This document shows, piece by piece, positions 11,332 to 23,164 of a DNA stretch of 46,085 bases. The first letter of the stretch is position 1, and each line of letters begins with the position of its first letter. Made by a program: the position numbers and the translations under genes. Source of the stretch: Octopus bimaculoides (taxonomy: Eukaryota); the NCBI RefSeq assembly GCF_001194135.2, contig NC_068986.1, forward strand, positions 35,116,594 through 35,162,678, written 5' to 3'. The notes under the pieces are model-generated. The model ran no database searches. It saw only the letters and a program-made list of their open reading frames with translations, and had not been told where the DNA came from.

Positions 11332-12052
11332 ATATGGCTGTGTGGTTAAGAAGTTCACTTCGTGGACACATGGTTTCATTTGGTTCTACTGAGAGGTACC
11401 TTAGGTGGGTGTGTTCTGCTGTGGCCTCAGGCTGAGCAAAGCTTTGTATGAAAATTTGATGGATGGAAATTAAAAGAAATCCAGCCTTGGGCTAACCAAA
11501 GCCTTGTGAGTGGATTTGGTAGATAGAAACTAAAAGAAGCCTGTCGTATATATATATATATGACAGGCTTCCACACAGTTTCTGTCAATCAAATTATGTG
11601 TGTATGTCTTTGTGTCCATGTTTGTCCCCCACCATCACTTGACAACCTATGTTGGTGTGTTTACATCCCCATAACTTAGTGGTTCAGCAAAAGAGACCAA
11701 TAGCATAAATATGAGGCTTACAAAGAATACGTCTTGGGGTTGATTTCTTTGACTAAAAGAGTTTAAGGCAGTGCTCCAATATGGCCACAGTCAAATGACT
11801 GAAATAAGAGAATAAAATGTGTGTGTGTGTGTGTCTTGACATTGTGTGATTCTTTTGAACAAGAACTCTCATCATACAGTTGGTGTCCTTCATGTCCAAC
11901 CTTCCATGAAAACAAAAATGTCCAGCCATAGGGAAATATTATCTTACTTGGAAATGGATGAGAGTCCCCAGAGAATCTGCCTCAATAAATTTCTAGCAGC
12001 CCATGCTAGCACAGAAAAGTGGGTGTTACAATGATGAAGATGTTAATTTAGT
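11332..12052 (+). mobile_element. Composite of CORE-like tRNA SINE modules
   Basis: Head, partial second head, (TA)n fold-back, tail type A, (TG)n, then an RTE-like tail type B. Confidence 0.75.
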
Positions 12053-12225
12053 ATTAAATTTCCATATAATAAAAACAGTTAAATGGTTGTTACACATGCC
12101 AACATTTTACACATGGGGCCAGTACTTCATAAACTGGGTTTTTTTTTTTTTGGCCAATGATTGCCATTGAATTTATTGATTAAAATATCAAGACATGTGC
12201 AAAAATGATTGTAAAGATTACTCAC

Positions 12226-12390
12226 ATATTCAAATCTATCTTTACACAGCTGGGTGTGCAGATTTAGAAATCCAAGGACAGTGAACCAGGTAACCCAACT
12301 GATAACTTCACTCATTGTTTGTACATTCATCACTCCAAAGATAAAAATGAACTTATAAAAGACAAAGTTCCAAAAGTTATCTTTCAAGTT
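12226..12390 (-). CDS. AMFR: AMFR coding exon 3 (165 nt, NLKDNFWNFVFYKFIFIFGVMNVQT...LCKDRFEY)
   Basis: Acceptor ttttcag|, donor TAT|GTGAGT. Near-identical to the AMFR motifs LKDKFWNFIFYKFIFIFGVLNVQT and LCKDRFEY. Confidence 0.96.
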
Positions 12391-12778
12391 CTGAAAATAG
12401 ATGGAAGAAATATAAAAATAGACATGCAATACAACAAATTTGAAAATGTATACTATATATAGAATTTAGAAGGCAGAGTAAAAATAGATGACACCAAAGT
12501 AAATGGCACATTTTTTTAACTCATTTAATCATTGTCAAGGATTAACTCTAAATCTCTATCAACAATGACTGATATTAATTGGCATTTGTGTAAGGAAGAA
12601 ACTTGCAAAGTACACAAGAAAATGGTAATTTCTACCTGTAAAGATCATAATGATTCTTAGATGTCATCTTCTAAACTGTCATCACAACCTTTTATCTTCG
12701 ACTTATTAAGTCCCTCTAAGCGTGAGGCTTTATTTTATAATAATGCCCTTATATAGATTATATATATATGTATATATA

Positions 12779-12930
12779 CGATGGGCTTCTTTCAATTTCC
12801 ATCAACCAAATCCACTCAATGCTTTGGTCAGCTCAAGGCTATAGAAGAAGACACTTGCCCAAGGTGCCACACAGTGGGACTGAACCCGGAAACCCGGAAA
12901 TGTGCTTGGAAAGCAAGCTTTTTACCACAA
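12779..12930 (-). mobile_element. CORE-like SINE head
   Basis: gacacttgcccaaggtgccacacagtgggactgaacccgg is the reverse complement of a B box plus the GGCACCTTGGGCAAG core. Confidence 0.8.
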
Positions 12931-13460
12931 AAAAATACAATATACATATAATTTACTTCATTCCAGTTCCTTTCTCTCTTTCTCTTTTTTTTCTTCTTCT
13001 ACATGCCAACAGAAAATGACAGTGGATCAATTAAGTAAAAATGGATAATTGTCAGTAATTACTTTATAGCCCACTATTGCTCATAATTAACCAGTAAACT
13101 ATGGTATATCAAAAGCTGACAGCTTGAATAGTTAATTCTTATCTCATGTAAATATAGTTTTAAATTTACTTCTTGGAAGTGTTACAATTACTCTTAATGG
13201 CGTAACAGGTACCTGCACTGTATATTAGTCTCTCTCCTGCTCTTACGCAAGTATAAAACACTTCCTTTCAATAACAAGTTCTTTTGAAAAAAAATTAATA
13301 CTATACACTCTTATTTTCCCATATTGTGTGTAGACCTTATGTATATATTAAATAATCATTTCACTGAATAGATAAAATTTTCTTAATATCTTGATGCAAG
13401 AACCATTCTTAACCACTCAATTTATTAATAAAGAAAAGTTCTGCTATTTAGATAGCAATG

Positions 13461-13687
13461 TTAACTCTTTGGTATTAAGATTACTCGATCAAATGTAATG
13501 CTTGTATATTCACATTGTTTGAAATTAATCAGACATTATCATGTAGCTTTGAAATTTTTGTGGTTGTGCTTGCTTATTCTTAGAATGACATTGTAGAATG
13601 GGTGCGAGAGGCTGGACTTGGCCAGTTTGAACATAAAACATAGACTATATGGGCCAGATATGGCTGGTTTAAATGCTATATGAATAA
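13461..13687. mobile_element. Probable MITE with TTAA-C(C/T)CTTT-type ends (piggyBac-like)
   Basis: Starts ttaactctttggtatt and ends aaatgctatatgaataa, a degenerate inverted match. The family is recognised from recall of octopus repeats. Confidence 0.5.
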
Positions 13688-13869
13688 AATAAAAAGCTTG
13701 TGAGAATCAATTCAGTCCTTAATGATGATAGCAGTTAGGGATTTCTAATTTGGGCACTATGAGATGGCATTTTAGGTGGTGCAACAAAGAGGGAAAGTAT
13801 ACACTTGATTAAACTTTTCAGAATAAAATCATTAACACTTATAAAAAAAAAAACCCAAAATTTTATTCC

Positions 13870-14254
13870 TGTTGGCACTCTGTCGCTTACGATGTCGAGG
13901 GTTCCAGTTGATCCGATCAATGGAACAGCCTGCTCGTGAAATTAACATGCAAGTGGCTGAGCACTCCACAGTCACGTGTACCCTTAACGTAGTTCTTGGG
14001 GAGATTCAGGGTGACACAGAGTGTGACAAGGCTGGCCCCTTTGAAATATAGGTACAACAGAAACAGGAAGTAAGAGTGAGAGAAAGTTGTGGTGAAAGAG
14101 TACAGCAGGGTTCGCCACAACCCCCCTGCCGGAGCCTCGTGGAGCTTTAAGTGTTTTTGCTCAATAAACACACACAACGCCCAGTTCGGTAATTGAAACC
14201 GCGATCCTACGACCGCGAGTCTGCTGCCCTAACCATGGGCCATTACGCCTCCAC
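13870..14254 (-). mobile_element. Full-length tRNA(Arg)-like SINE, probably the octopus OR1/OR2 type
   Basis: Head gtggaggcgtaaTGGCCCATGGttagggc (A box), gacTCGcgg anticodon-like loop, GGTTTCAATTACC (B box). Flanked by a 12-bp TSD AAA(T/C)TTTATTCC at 13858-69 and 14255-66. The family name is from recall. Confidence 0.85.
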
Positions 14255-15465
14255 AAACTTTATTCCACTAAGCACAGTAAGAAATTTATTCTACTTATGT
14301 CGTTTTAACCCTTAAGAGACAGTGATCAAGAACTATTCTCATTCTACTGGCAACAACATACATGCATTAATCTAGATTCAATTCTGTTTTGTCCATCAAA
14401 ACAAAGTCTAGAAATCACCTGGATCCACAGGCAGACCTGTGGACCACAATCAGCAAGAAAGTTCCACATTTTGATAAAATCATGAAAGAGAATCAGGGAC
14501 AAAGTCAGAATTTTTATCACAATTGTGATTTATTTTACTATTTACAATTTTTTCTAATTGTTCAATGTACAATTCAAAATTAGTTTTTGACTCCATGAAT
14601 AGACAAAAGCTAATTCCTTTAGTTCACACCACCATCTCTCTCACACTCTGCCTCCCTTTCTTCTCTCTAACTCTCTCCACAGTTTTAAATGTTATCCTAT
14701 CTGTCTATTTTGTATTCAGCTGATTTCAGCTGTGGATAAATGGTGTTGCATTCCCATTTTTACTCATAAAGAAATGACTACTGTGTACATGTGTATGAGA
14801 GCATACGTGTGCCTGTCATAATTGCAAACAACTTTGAATGTGCAGGGCCACATGCCTCTGATTGTGCACATAATTATTAGTATGTACATGTAATATATTT
14901 ATTTTACATTGTTTCACTAATCAGTCCATATAAATGCCTTTCAACCAACAAATAAGTCCAATGAGACTTAAACAGGAGCTCTAATAAGCATTATTGCTTA
15001 CCTTATCCATTCATTGTTCTAATTAATTTTAAGGTTCCAAATCTACTAGCTTCTCAAGCACATACATCTCCAGGACTCATTAATTAAGCATTGGTATCAA
15101 GTATTTATCTATACGTACTTCAGGCTTTATTTCACTTTATCCTTGAAAGTAACTAGCAACCAATTAAGCATGGTTTGTGTCTCTTAATTTCTCTCTGGTG
15201 GCTTGGTACTTTCTAACTAACACATGTAACTCTAGTGTACTCTAAAGTAAGGCTGTGCTTTCCCATGTTTTGCTTATGTGAATTAAGGACCAACATAAAG
15301 CAACTTCTAACATACAATGATATGCAGAAGATACCACCTACACTCTTCTTTCACCTTCTATACGCAGGTATCCTCCACACACAGCTAAACACTAGTTTTA
15401 CTCTCTCATGTAAGACACACCTACCAATAAAGACAAGGGATTTCAGGTTCTTAACAATGCAAAGA

Positions 15466-15687
15466 CATCATCATCATCATCGTTTAACGTCCGCTTTCCA
15501 TGCTAGCATGGGTTGGACGATTTGACTGAGGACTGGCGAAGCAGATGGCTACACCAGGCTCCAATCTGATCTGGCAAAGTTTCTACAGCTGGATGCCCTT
15601 CCTAATGCCAACCACTCCGATAGTGTGGTGGGTGCTTTTATGTGCCACCGGCACGAAGGCCAGTCAGGCGGTACTGGCAACGGCCAC
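15466..15687 (-). mobile_element. RTE 3' end
   Basis: (CAT)n-cgtttaacgtccgctttccatgctagcatgg..., reverse complement of the family end. Confidence 0.85.
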
Positions 15688-15799
15688 ATGGTTATTATAT
15701 GTATCAAGGAAATTAGTTGTAGCTGCTATAGATGCTACACTGTCTCACATTGATCCTTCATGCAAGCCTCACACATGACTTGACTAACACCACATCTCA

Positions 15800-15990
15800 A
15801 AGAATAGCCTTCTTGTTCAGTGCCAGGAAACACTTCAACAGTTGTAACAAATCAGAAGTACATTACATGTTGCTACTGTTACACACAGACATCCAAGACT
15901 AAACCCAAAATGGTTCTCTGATTGATTTGCAAAATTTTAACTTATCATCAACATGCTGAACTAGCTTCCTCACAATTCAATCTGATACAC
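15800..15990 (-). mobile_element. Very decayed RTE reverse-transcriptase fragment
   Basis: Frameshifted NHFGF ... QLLKCFLALNKK resembles RTE QFGF ... QLQEKFLAKNKP. Weak. Confidence 0.3.
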
Positions 15991-18279
15991 ATTCTCTTAT
16001 CACTCTTGCATACTAGATCATGTACTAAATATTTTACCTTATGTTTCCTCTTGAGAACTACAATCTCCTACAAAGCTTTCTACCACAATTTTTTTCTTGC
16101 ACACTTTGACCTATTGATCTCCAAACTGCACATTAATCCCTTCAACTTCCCCAGACTGGGAAGACCTAAAAGAAAAGTTGTGGCTATCTCATGTCTTTTC
16201 ACTAACTTATAAAAAACAAATGAGTCACTAGTTTTCCATACTAAATTTGTTTGTGCATTTGTATACACAAGATAGACAACCTGTTTGATTTGATCTGTGC
16301 TTTGACAAGGAAGTCTTCAATTGTTTTAAAATTGTGGCCGTCTGTAAATCTTATTTTTTATAAATTAGACATCAGATAATATGTAGGTTGTTGTTTAATA
16401 ACAAGGTTAGCTTTGAATGAGTAAACTTCTAATCAAAAGTATTCTAGATGTGACCATCCAATTTTCTTGTATATTTAAGACTACAGTGTCCAATGTTTTT
16501 AAAGACAAAATAGCATGATTTAAAGGAGATTTTGTTTCTGCTATTCACAGATTGATTGAGAGCATAGAAGCTCACTATGTCTACAAAGTGGTCAAACTTT
16601 CAACATTGATTTATAAACAAAATCTTTGATATCTCATCAAGATGAAAAAGTATTTTATTTTCTTATGTTTCCATTTTAATTAAAACTGTCTCTTTCTATT
16701 ACTTAAGTTGTTATGATCTGATCACTGAAATGTGACAGCAAACAACTGTTTTAACACCGAACAGCCTTGCTTCTGTGATGTGGCTTAATGCCAGCACCGA
16801 GTGAAGCTACAAAAGCATAATACCAATAACTGAGAGGATTACATTGGACCAAGCTACTTGTTCCACTACACAAACATTCCAGCAGCTTACTACGCATTAG
16901 TTTTTGTGAAGAAGTAAAATGTCAGTGAATAACTAGCATTGAACCTGTATTATAAATAACTGTTATGAAAGTAGAATGAAAGTAGACAAACTACAAGTTA
17001 AACATTCACTTGAAAATGTATTACGAAGTTACATAAAAACGAAATCAGTGTATTTACTCATTCCTCAATCACTGTTTTAAATTAAAAGACAATTGTATTT
17101 TCTGCTTTTAGATCCATTTAGATACATTCTTGGGTTTTTTGGTGGGGGTTTTCACCACTTTGTCAGGAACAGATAAGCAGCATCATAATTTTTTTTTTTT
17201 GTTTTTCAGGCTTCCAAGACTGGTGGGAAGGATGGTGGAAGTTACCCTCAAACGAGAGAACTATCCTGATTGATTGCTAACAACAGAGTGAATTCTGCTA
17301 AAGACATTCATGGACTAGATCGTAGCATTAAATAGGGATCAAGAACTTACGACACAAACAGCTGGAACAAACATCACAAGGCATCTCATAAGACATTATA
17401 ACAATCTCCCCAATTCACTATCCTGGATTGATATTCGATTTTAGTGGCACCCAAAAGAAAAAAAAAGTGAAGTTGATCTCAGCAAAATCTGAACTCACTA
17501 CAGACTGCAACAATATTCTTCTTTAGAATTAGTCATTATCTTTGATGAAATAATTTAAATTCTTTCAGTAACCAATTAAATCATTAGTAATCACATTTTC
17601 TAGATTAGTGGAATTTTTCAGGCAAATAATAATTACCAAGATGGATCACCTGAAAACAAAAAATCTACTAAGCAATTAACAGCAAGTTTTAAAAAAGAAC
17701 CCAGCAAATTTAACAGGAAGGTATCAGCTTATCAATAGAAGTAATAAATACAAAACAGATGCAGTATAATCTCTCGTAGTGACAAAGAATCAATTTTTCT
17801 GATGTAATACATAAGTGGGAGAAGTTAACAATAGGAACAGGAATAACTGTGTGGTTAAGAAGTTTGCTTTTCAACGATATGGTCTCTCTAGTTGATAAGA
17901 ATGACTTTTTGAGGTGGTGCCCCAGTAAGAACACAGCCTAGTAAGTGATACAGGAATAACTATAAAATGTAACTCCATTGACTGCTCTCAATATGTGGTT
18001 GATAGTGTATGTATCATCATTGATCTAATTAGTGCTAGATTTAATTAAAGTTAAGTTGGTAGGAGTGAGGAAGAGGTAGAAAAACAGAAAGAATTTTGCT
18101 TCTTTTTTTGAGAGTGGGGATAACAAAGGGTTTTTATCTTCAGATGAAAGAAAGACTGTATGAAGTTGCAGAGTAGTGAAACGTTGGTTATTGAATATAG
18201 AGGATTTGCAGGGTCTGGAAGAAAATATGATACCGAGAATGTGTCAGGTTAACATGTAAGAATGGCAGATCGGAGGTGA

Positions 18280-18553
18280 GCTGAAGAAATGGTTGTGCAT
18301 TAAAAGCAACAACCAAAATAGGCAAGAGAAATGACTGTGGCGGTATGATCATGTGGATAACAAGAGTTGAGTGAAAAAAAAATTTTCTGTTCTAGTGGAG
18401 GTTACCCATGGAAGAGAAAAATATAATGAAATGAGATCAAACCACAAGATGCTGAACCTTACACAAAAGACAGTGAAATGCAAAAACAAATGATATGTTG
18501 TAGAGCAGATCTATTCAACCCCATGAAAAAAATGGATGTTAAAACATTGATGA
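18280..18553 (+). mobile_element. Highly decayed RTE ORF2 end and 3' terminus
   Basis: caagagaaatgactgtggcggtatgatcatgtg matches 9309-9341. Ends ccccatg...ggatgttaaaacattgatga. Confidence 0.55.
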
Positions 18554-19099
18554 TAACTTAATTTGTCACAAATCAAGAAGAACATCACTTGAGATAATTA
18601 AGATTAATGTACAGCAAGACACAACCGAAAACTGACTATCACCCTATGGCCAAACTATGTACAGGGTCAAAGCTGAAGACTTCCAGTAACATTCTTTCCT
18701 TGTCTCTATCATCTCTTTCCCAATTGCCACTGGACTCATGAAGCAAGTGTAGTGATGTTGGTGCTGGTGTTTGGTATACCGAAAAAAGTTTGAATTAAAC
18801 CATAAAACAGTTCATTTATGACAGCTAGATATAACACGAAGAGTTACGAGAAGACATTCTGCAAAGAATCTATAATAAATCTTTCTAGAAATCTCAAAAA
18901 AAAATTTAATTCCAATTCCTATTTTTATGAGTATTTAGTTTCGGATTTCTTTGTATGAAAACAGCAGTCAGCCTATACTGGTCTTCTCGACATCCAAAAT
19001 TTGTTTCAACCATGATATGCTTTCTACTCTCATTAGACCCCCATACACCTTGTATATATTTACAAAATATCAAATAAGGTGATTTGTTAAGTAACATAC

Positions 19100-19192
19100 C
19101 TGGTGTTCACTGATACGTAGCTCTCCAAAAACGATGTACTGGATAAGTTTGCTAAGAAGTATCAGTGTGCAGTATATCATATTAATACAGAT
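19100..19192 (-). CDS. AMFR: AMFR coding exon 2 (93 nt, ICINMIYCTLILLSKLIQYIVFGELRISEHQ)
   Basis: Acceptor ttttttccag|, donor CAG|GTATGT, phase 0-0. Matches AMFR VLVNTACCVLMLVAKLIQCIVFGPLRVSERQ. Absent from the ORF track. Confidence 0.93.
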
Positions 19193-19344
19193 CTGGAAAA
19201 AAATTAAAATGACATAATTAAATACATAATATTCTGTGTGGTAAAAGAAATAACATTAATTCATCAATTGTTCAAGTAAAATCTGAAAAACAACACAATT
19301 ATGTACACAAGCCAGCAAAGAAGCATTTACAAGGAGATTCAACA

Positions 19345-19515
19345 ATATGCTAGAAATACCAGCTAAATTTCTCTCAGATGTCAACCTACCACCTTAAATA
19401 AGGAAAGGTCATTAATGATGCTCTCCTACATGTACCTAAGCTGATTAGATGGTCATGATTAGAATGTCTTTCAATACAGCTGCGCTTGGTCAAAGTTAAT
19501 GAAGGATTAAACAAC
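19345..19515 (+). repeat. Unclassified old interspersed repeat (family X)
   Basis: gctagaaatacc...gatggtcatgattagaatgtcttt...aaacaac. Relatives at 29590-29770, 34030-34130 and 40698-40865. Confidence 0.55.
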
Positions 19516-19710
19516 TGATAAATTTACTGACACACAAAGCCATCCACCATCAAAACTAAATATGTACACACAAACACATACAAATGTGTGTGCACTCTCA
19601 AAATATCAAGCATGTACATATATACATGCTTGATACATATATACATAAACATATATATAGCTCATGTTAATTCTAATCTCACTGATTTACGCCAAACAGA
19701 TTTATAAGTA

Positions 19711-19745
<35 letters not shown>

Positions 19746-19779
19746 CATATATGTAATTGGAATTTACAAAAAAAACAAA

Positions 19780-19885
19780 ACAGAAGATGAAGACGGGTGT
19801 GTAAACAACAAACAGATGAGAAAGTCTCTTACGTTTCGAGCCAACGCTCTTCAACTGAAAGGAACACAGAAATAAGCAGAGAGAG
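19780..19885 (-). mobile_element. Penelope-like terminal-repeat relic with a degenerate hammerhead motif
   Basis: Minus strand: cctttCAGTTGAA-GAGC-gttg-GCTC-GAAACGTA-agag. See findings. Confidence 0.45.
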
Positions 19886-20164
19886 AAAATAAAACATATT
19901 GGTTACATATATGTAACCAATATAGTACCTTTATAAGCAGGGCTAATTTAGCTGAAAAAATGATGAACAAGCTTAATCAATTTCTGAATCTTATTGGAGT
20001 CTCATCAGAAATGTCTACATCAATTTGACCAATCACAGAGAAACAAGGAGCCAATCTGTTTATATGCTCAACAATTACAGTAGCTACAGAAAACTGGTGC
20101 TATTAATTTGCATACAGTAAGTGTAAACACTTTATTTTAAATGTATCAGGGACCTGTCAACAGG

Positions 20165-20582
20165 AGATCTCTGTCCATAGCTGTGTGACTAAGAAGTTTA
20201 CTGTCAGGTTCAGTCCCACTGTGTGGCACCTTGGGCAAGATTATCAAAGATTTGGGAGCAGATCTGGTAGACGAAAACTAAAAATCTGTCTGTCTGTCTG
20301 TTTGTCTCTCTCTCTCTCTCACACGCACGCACACACACACACACATTTATGTGTATATGAATGTTTGTTTTCTTGTCTTGACATCCCATGATTGTTGTAA
20401 ATTTGTAAATGAATGTCATTCTTTTCCAATAGTCTGTGAAAACATGTCTAGTCATGGGGGACTATTACTTTGTTTGGAAACAGGTATGGGCTGGTGACAA
20501 GAAGGGCTTCCAGCCATAGAAAATTTGCCTCAATAAAATCCATCCAGCCCATGCAAGCATGGAAAAGTAGATCTTAAAATGA
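20165..20582 (+). mobile_element. CORE-like SINE with RTE-type tail
   Basis: ggttcagtcccactgtgtggcaccttgggcaag head, microsatellite, then gaagggcttccagccatagaaa...ccatgcaagcatgg...ttaaaatgat. Confidence 0.8.
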
Positions 20583-23164
20583 TTTTATACACAAACATAC
20601 ACGCACATACATGAATATATATATATATATATAAATAATCATACACCCACCAAATTTGAAAATTTTGCCAAGTTAATAATATGCTACACATACATTGAAA
20701 TGTTGAAGCTTGTAATTACACAGTCACAAAAAAACATATTTTCTTATAACCCTATGTAAACAATTTGTAGTAGTAGAAGATTATTTCTCTACTGGTAGCA
20801 GTACAACAGTTGTCTTTGTCCTATATAATTCTATTGACCTAAAAATAAAAAAAAATCAAGACACTAAATACTGATACAAGTTAAGACAGTTATTTACTTC
20901 TCATTTGAAGTACCAGTGTCTCATGTTCCTTTTGCATACACTCTTGCCCATAGTGCAAACAAACAGATGGACAGTTCTGTAAATATTAACATTTGTATAA
21001 AGCAAGAAAGTGGAAGTTCAGAATAGAAGCTAGGTTAAATTTATGTTTGAAAATGAAAAACAATGATCCTGGGATGTAATAAAATAACAAATCTATCTTT
21101 TATATAAAAAGGGGACCGCAAAACTGTTTTTTTCTAGTTTAGCACCAGCAAAAACTTCAGTAGAATCTCAGCTAAACAGGCAAGAATCATTAATTCATAT
21201 AGAATCTCTTCTCTAAATCTCCTTAGTAAAGATAAGCTGTATTCTTTCAACCTGACTTGACTAACAGAAGACACTATATTTGCAATATTGAGATCAAGAA
21301 GAGAATCATTTGGTTTTTGTAGCCAAATAGTAACCACTAACTCAAAAACAATTTCTAGTAATTCTGTAGATGAAACATTTTCTGGATTCTCTGAATATAC
21401 AATAATTTCCGTATGCTATCTCTGGGATCAAAAGAAGGCTTGAGTCCAACACTTTATATTAACTAGGTACAGTCAGTGCTTGTGTTACTAATCCAGCATA
21501 GTTATTTCTAGTTGGGAAGAATCAGCTTGTAAGAGTTAAGTACTGTCTTTGCTATAGACACAGTACAACAGTTGTGATTAGATTCTATTTAAGTACATAC
21601 AATGACCAAATAACAATTTAAGGACATACAAGATGATCAATATCATTTTGTTTCATAAGTCATCAGCAACACTTATGGGACTTCAAATAACAATAACATG
21701 TATGATTTCATTAACAGAGCAGCTATAGAGTATTCGGTCTTGAAGCTACACACTATGAGACGCTGTTAAGTACTTTTAACAACTAATTCCAGGCTTGAAG
21801 AGTTTTAACAGTATGTTTACAGAAAGAACTCTACAACATTATTAAGCAAAATAATATGAAAAGAAAAATAAAATTTAAAAAAAACTAAGAAGAAGAATAA
21901 TAGGAAACAAACAATTTTAATGTTCAAAGAGGATTGGCAACTACCAAGTACGAAAAAAATCTATACTGTACAGTTACAAGCTGTGTATTCATCTAGACAG
22001 TTTTGAATATCAGGAAATATAATCAGGAATAAACACTGCACTTCTAATATTATAATCAAACAAGTTTTTTTGTTTTTTTTGAAGTGAGAATGTAATATTC
22101 TTAACTTCCTGAGGATTCATCTGAAATATCTTATGGTGCAGCATTTACTGAAAATTATAATTTAAAATTGAAATATCAAAATTATGAGGCAGTGATTCAG
22201 CATGGCCACAGCTAACAGGCTGAAACAGGTAATGAAGTAAAAGAGTAATGTCGTTCAAAATTCTTCTTGCAAGGCAAGACAGTTTAGTTGACTGATTCAA
22301 TCTCAAAGTGTAACACTACCATTTTAACAGCGCCAGTGGAATTTGGACGCAGAAATGTGAGACATTAAACCAGACACTAACATCATCATCTTGCTGCCAC
22401 GTTTGCCAACTATGTTCCAGAAATAAATTTTTTCACCAATTTAATGAACAAAAAGACAATGAGCAAGTGGGAGAGAGAGAGAGAGAGAGAGGGTAAAAGT
22501 GAATTTATTGGCATAAAGTTTGAAATTTTACATTTTAAAAATAGAAAACAACTAAATCCAATACAATGAGCTAAGCGTTCTTTAGCGTAGCTAATTTTAC
22601 CAAACATTCCTCAATTTAAAATGTGCCAGTTTCTCTTACATGCAATTTTAAAATAGCATGCATTAAGCATTTCACTATATTTGCCAATTGATAAGCTGTA
22701 ATGATTCCGAGACATCAAAGAATAAATTTCCAGGAAGTTAGCACCTGATCATTAACATATTGCAAGACAGGAGCACCTTTTTAGCTTCCTTCTGGCATAT
22801 TTTAAAGTACAACACCATCACCAGGTTCTGAAGTGCCTTTAGCAGAGTTTACTCATTAGTTGCAAATATTCAGACCAGACTCCTAGTTTCCATGCAGCCC
22901 ACACTGACTTGAAAAAGTCCAAGCTGGGCATTAATCACAACCACCTCATTTCTCTAGCAGAGTCGGCAAAGGTCATGGATACTGGACTTCTTTTCTTGAT
23001 TAACTCATTAAAAAATGTATTTTTAGTGTCATTATAAAATGTTTTTTGATTGGGACTTTAAAGCATCATAGTTGTGCTTTAACTTCACAATCCTTATCAA
23101 ATGAAACACTCAATTTAGAGGAAGAGAGAGTTGTAGACTCTTCAATACTGCCTTTGAAAGTCAA

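Noticed and set aside
13870-14254. Genuine tRNA gene
   Set aside because: No closable acceptor stem, degenerate boxes, and a SINE body, tail and TSD are present.
14900-15230. Possible decayed CR1/L2 fragment
   Set aside because: Only vague motif resemblance in heavily stopped frames; cannot be supported.
17190-17275. Strong plus-strand acceptor T13GT5CAG (and a similar one at 36294)
   Set aside because: All frames close within about 35 codons, no homology recognised, and poly-T tracts are common here.
19604-19923. Palindromes as pre-miRNAs
   Set aside because: Stems of 13-14 bp are too short and too AT-rich for a canonical precursor.
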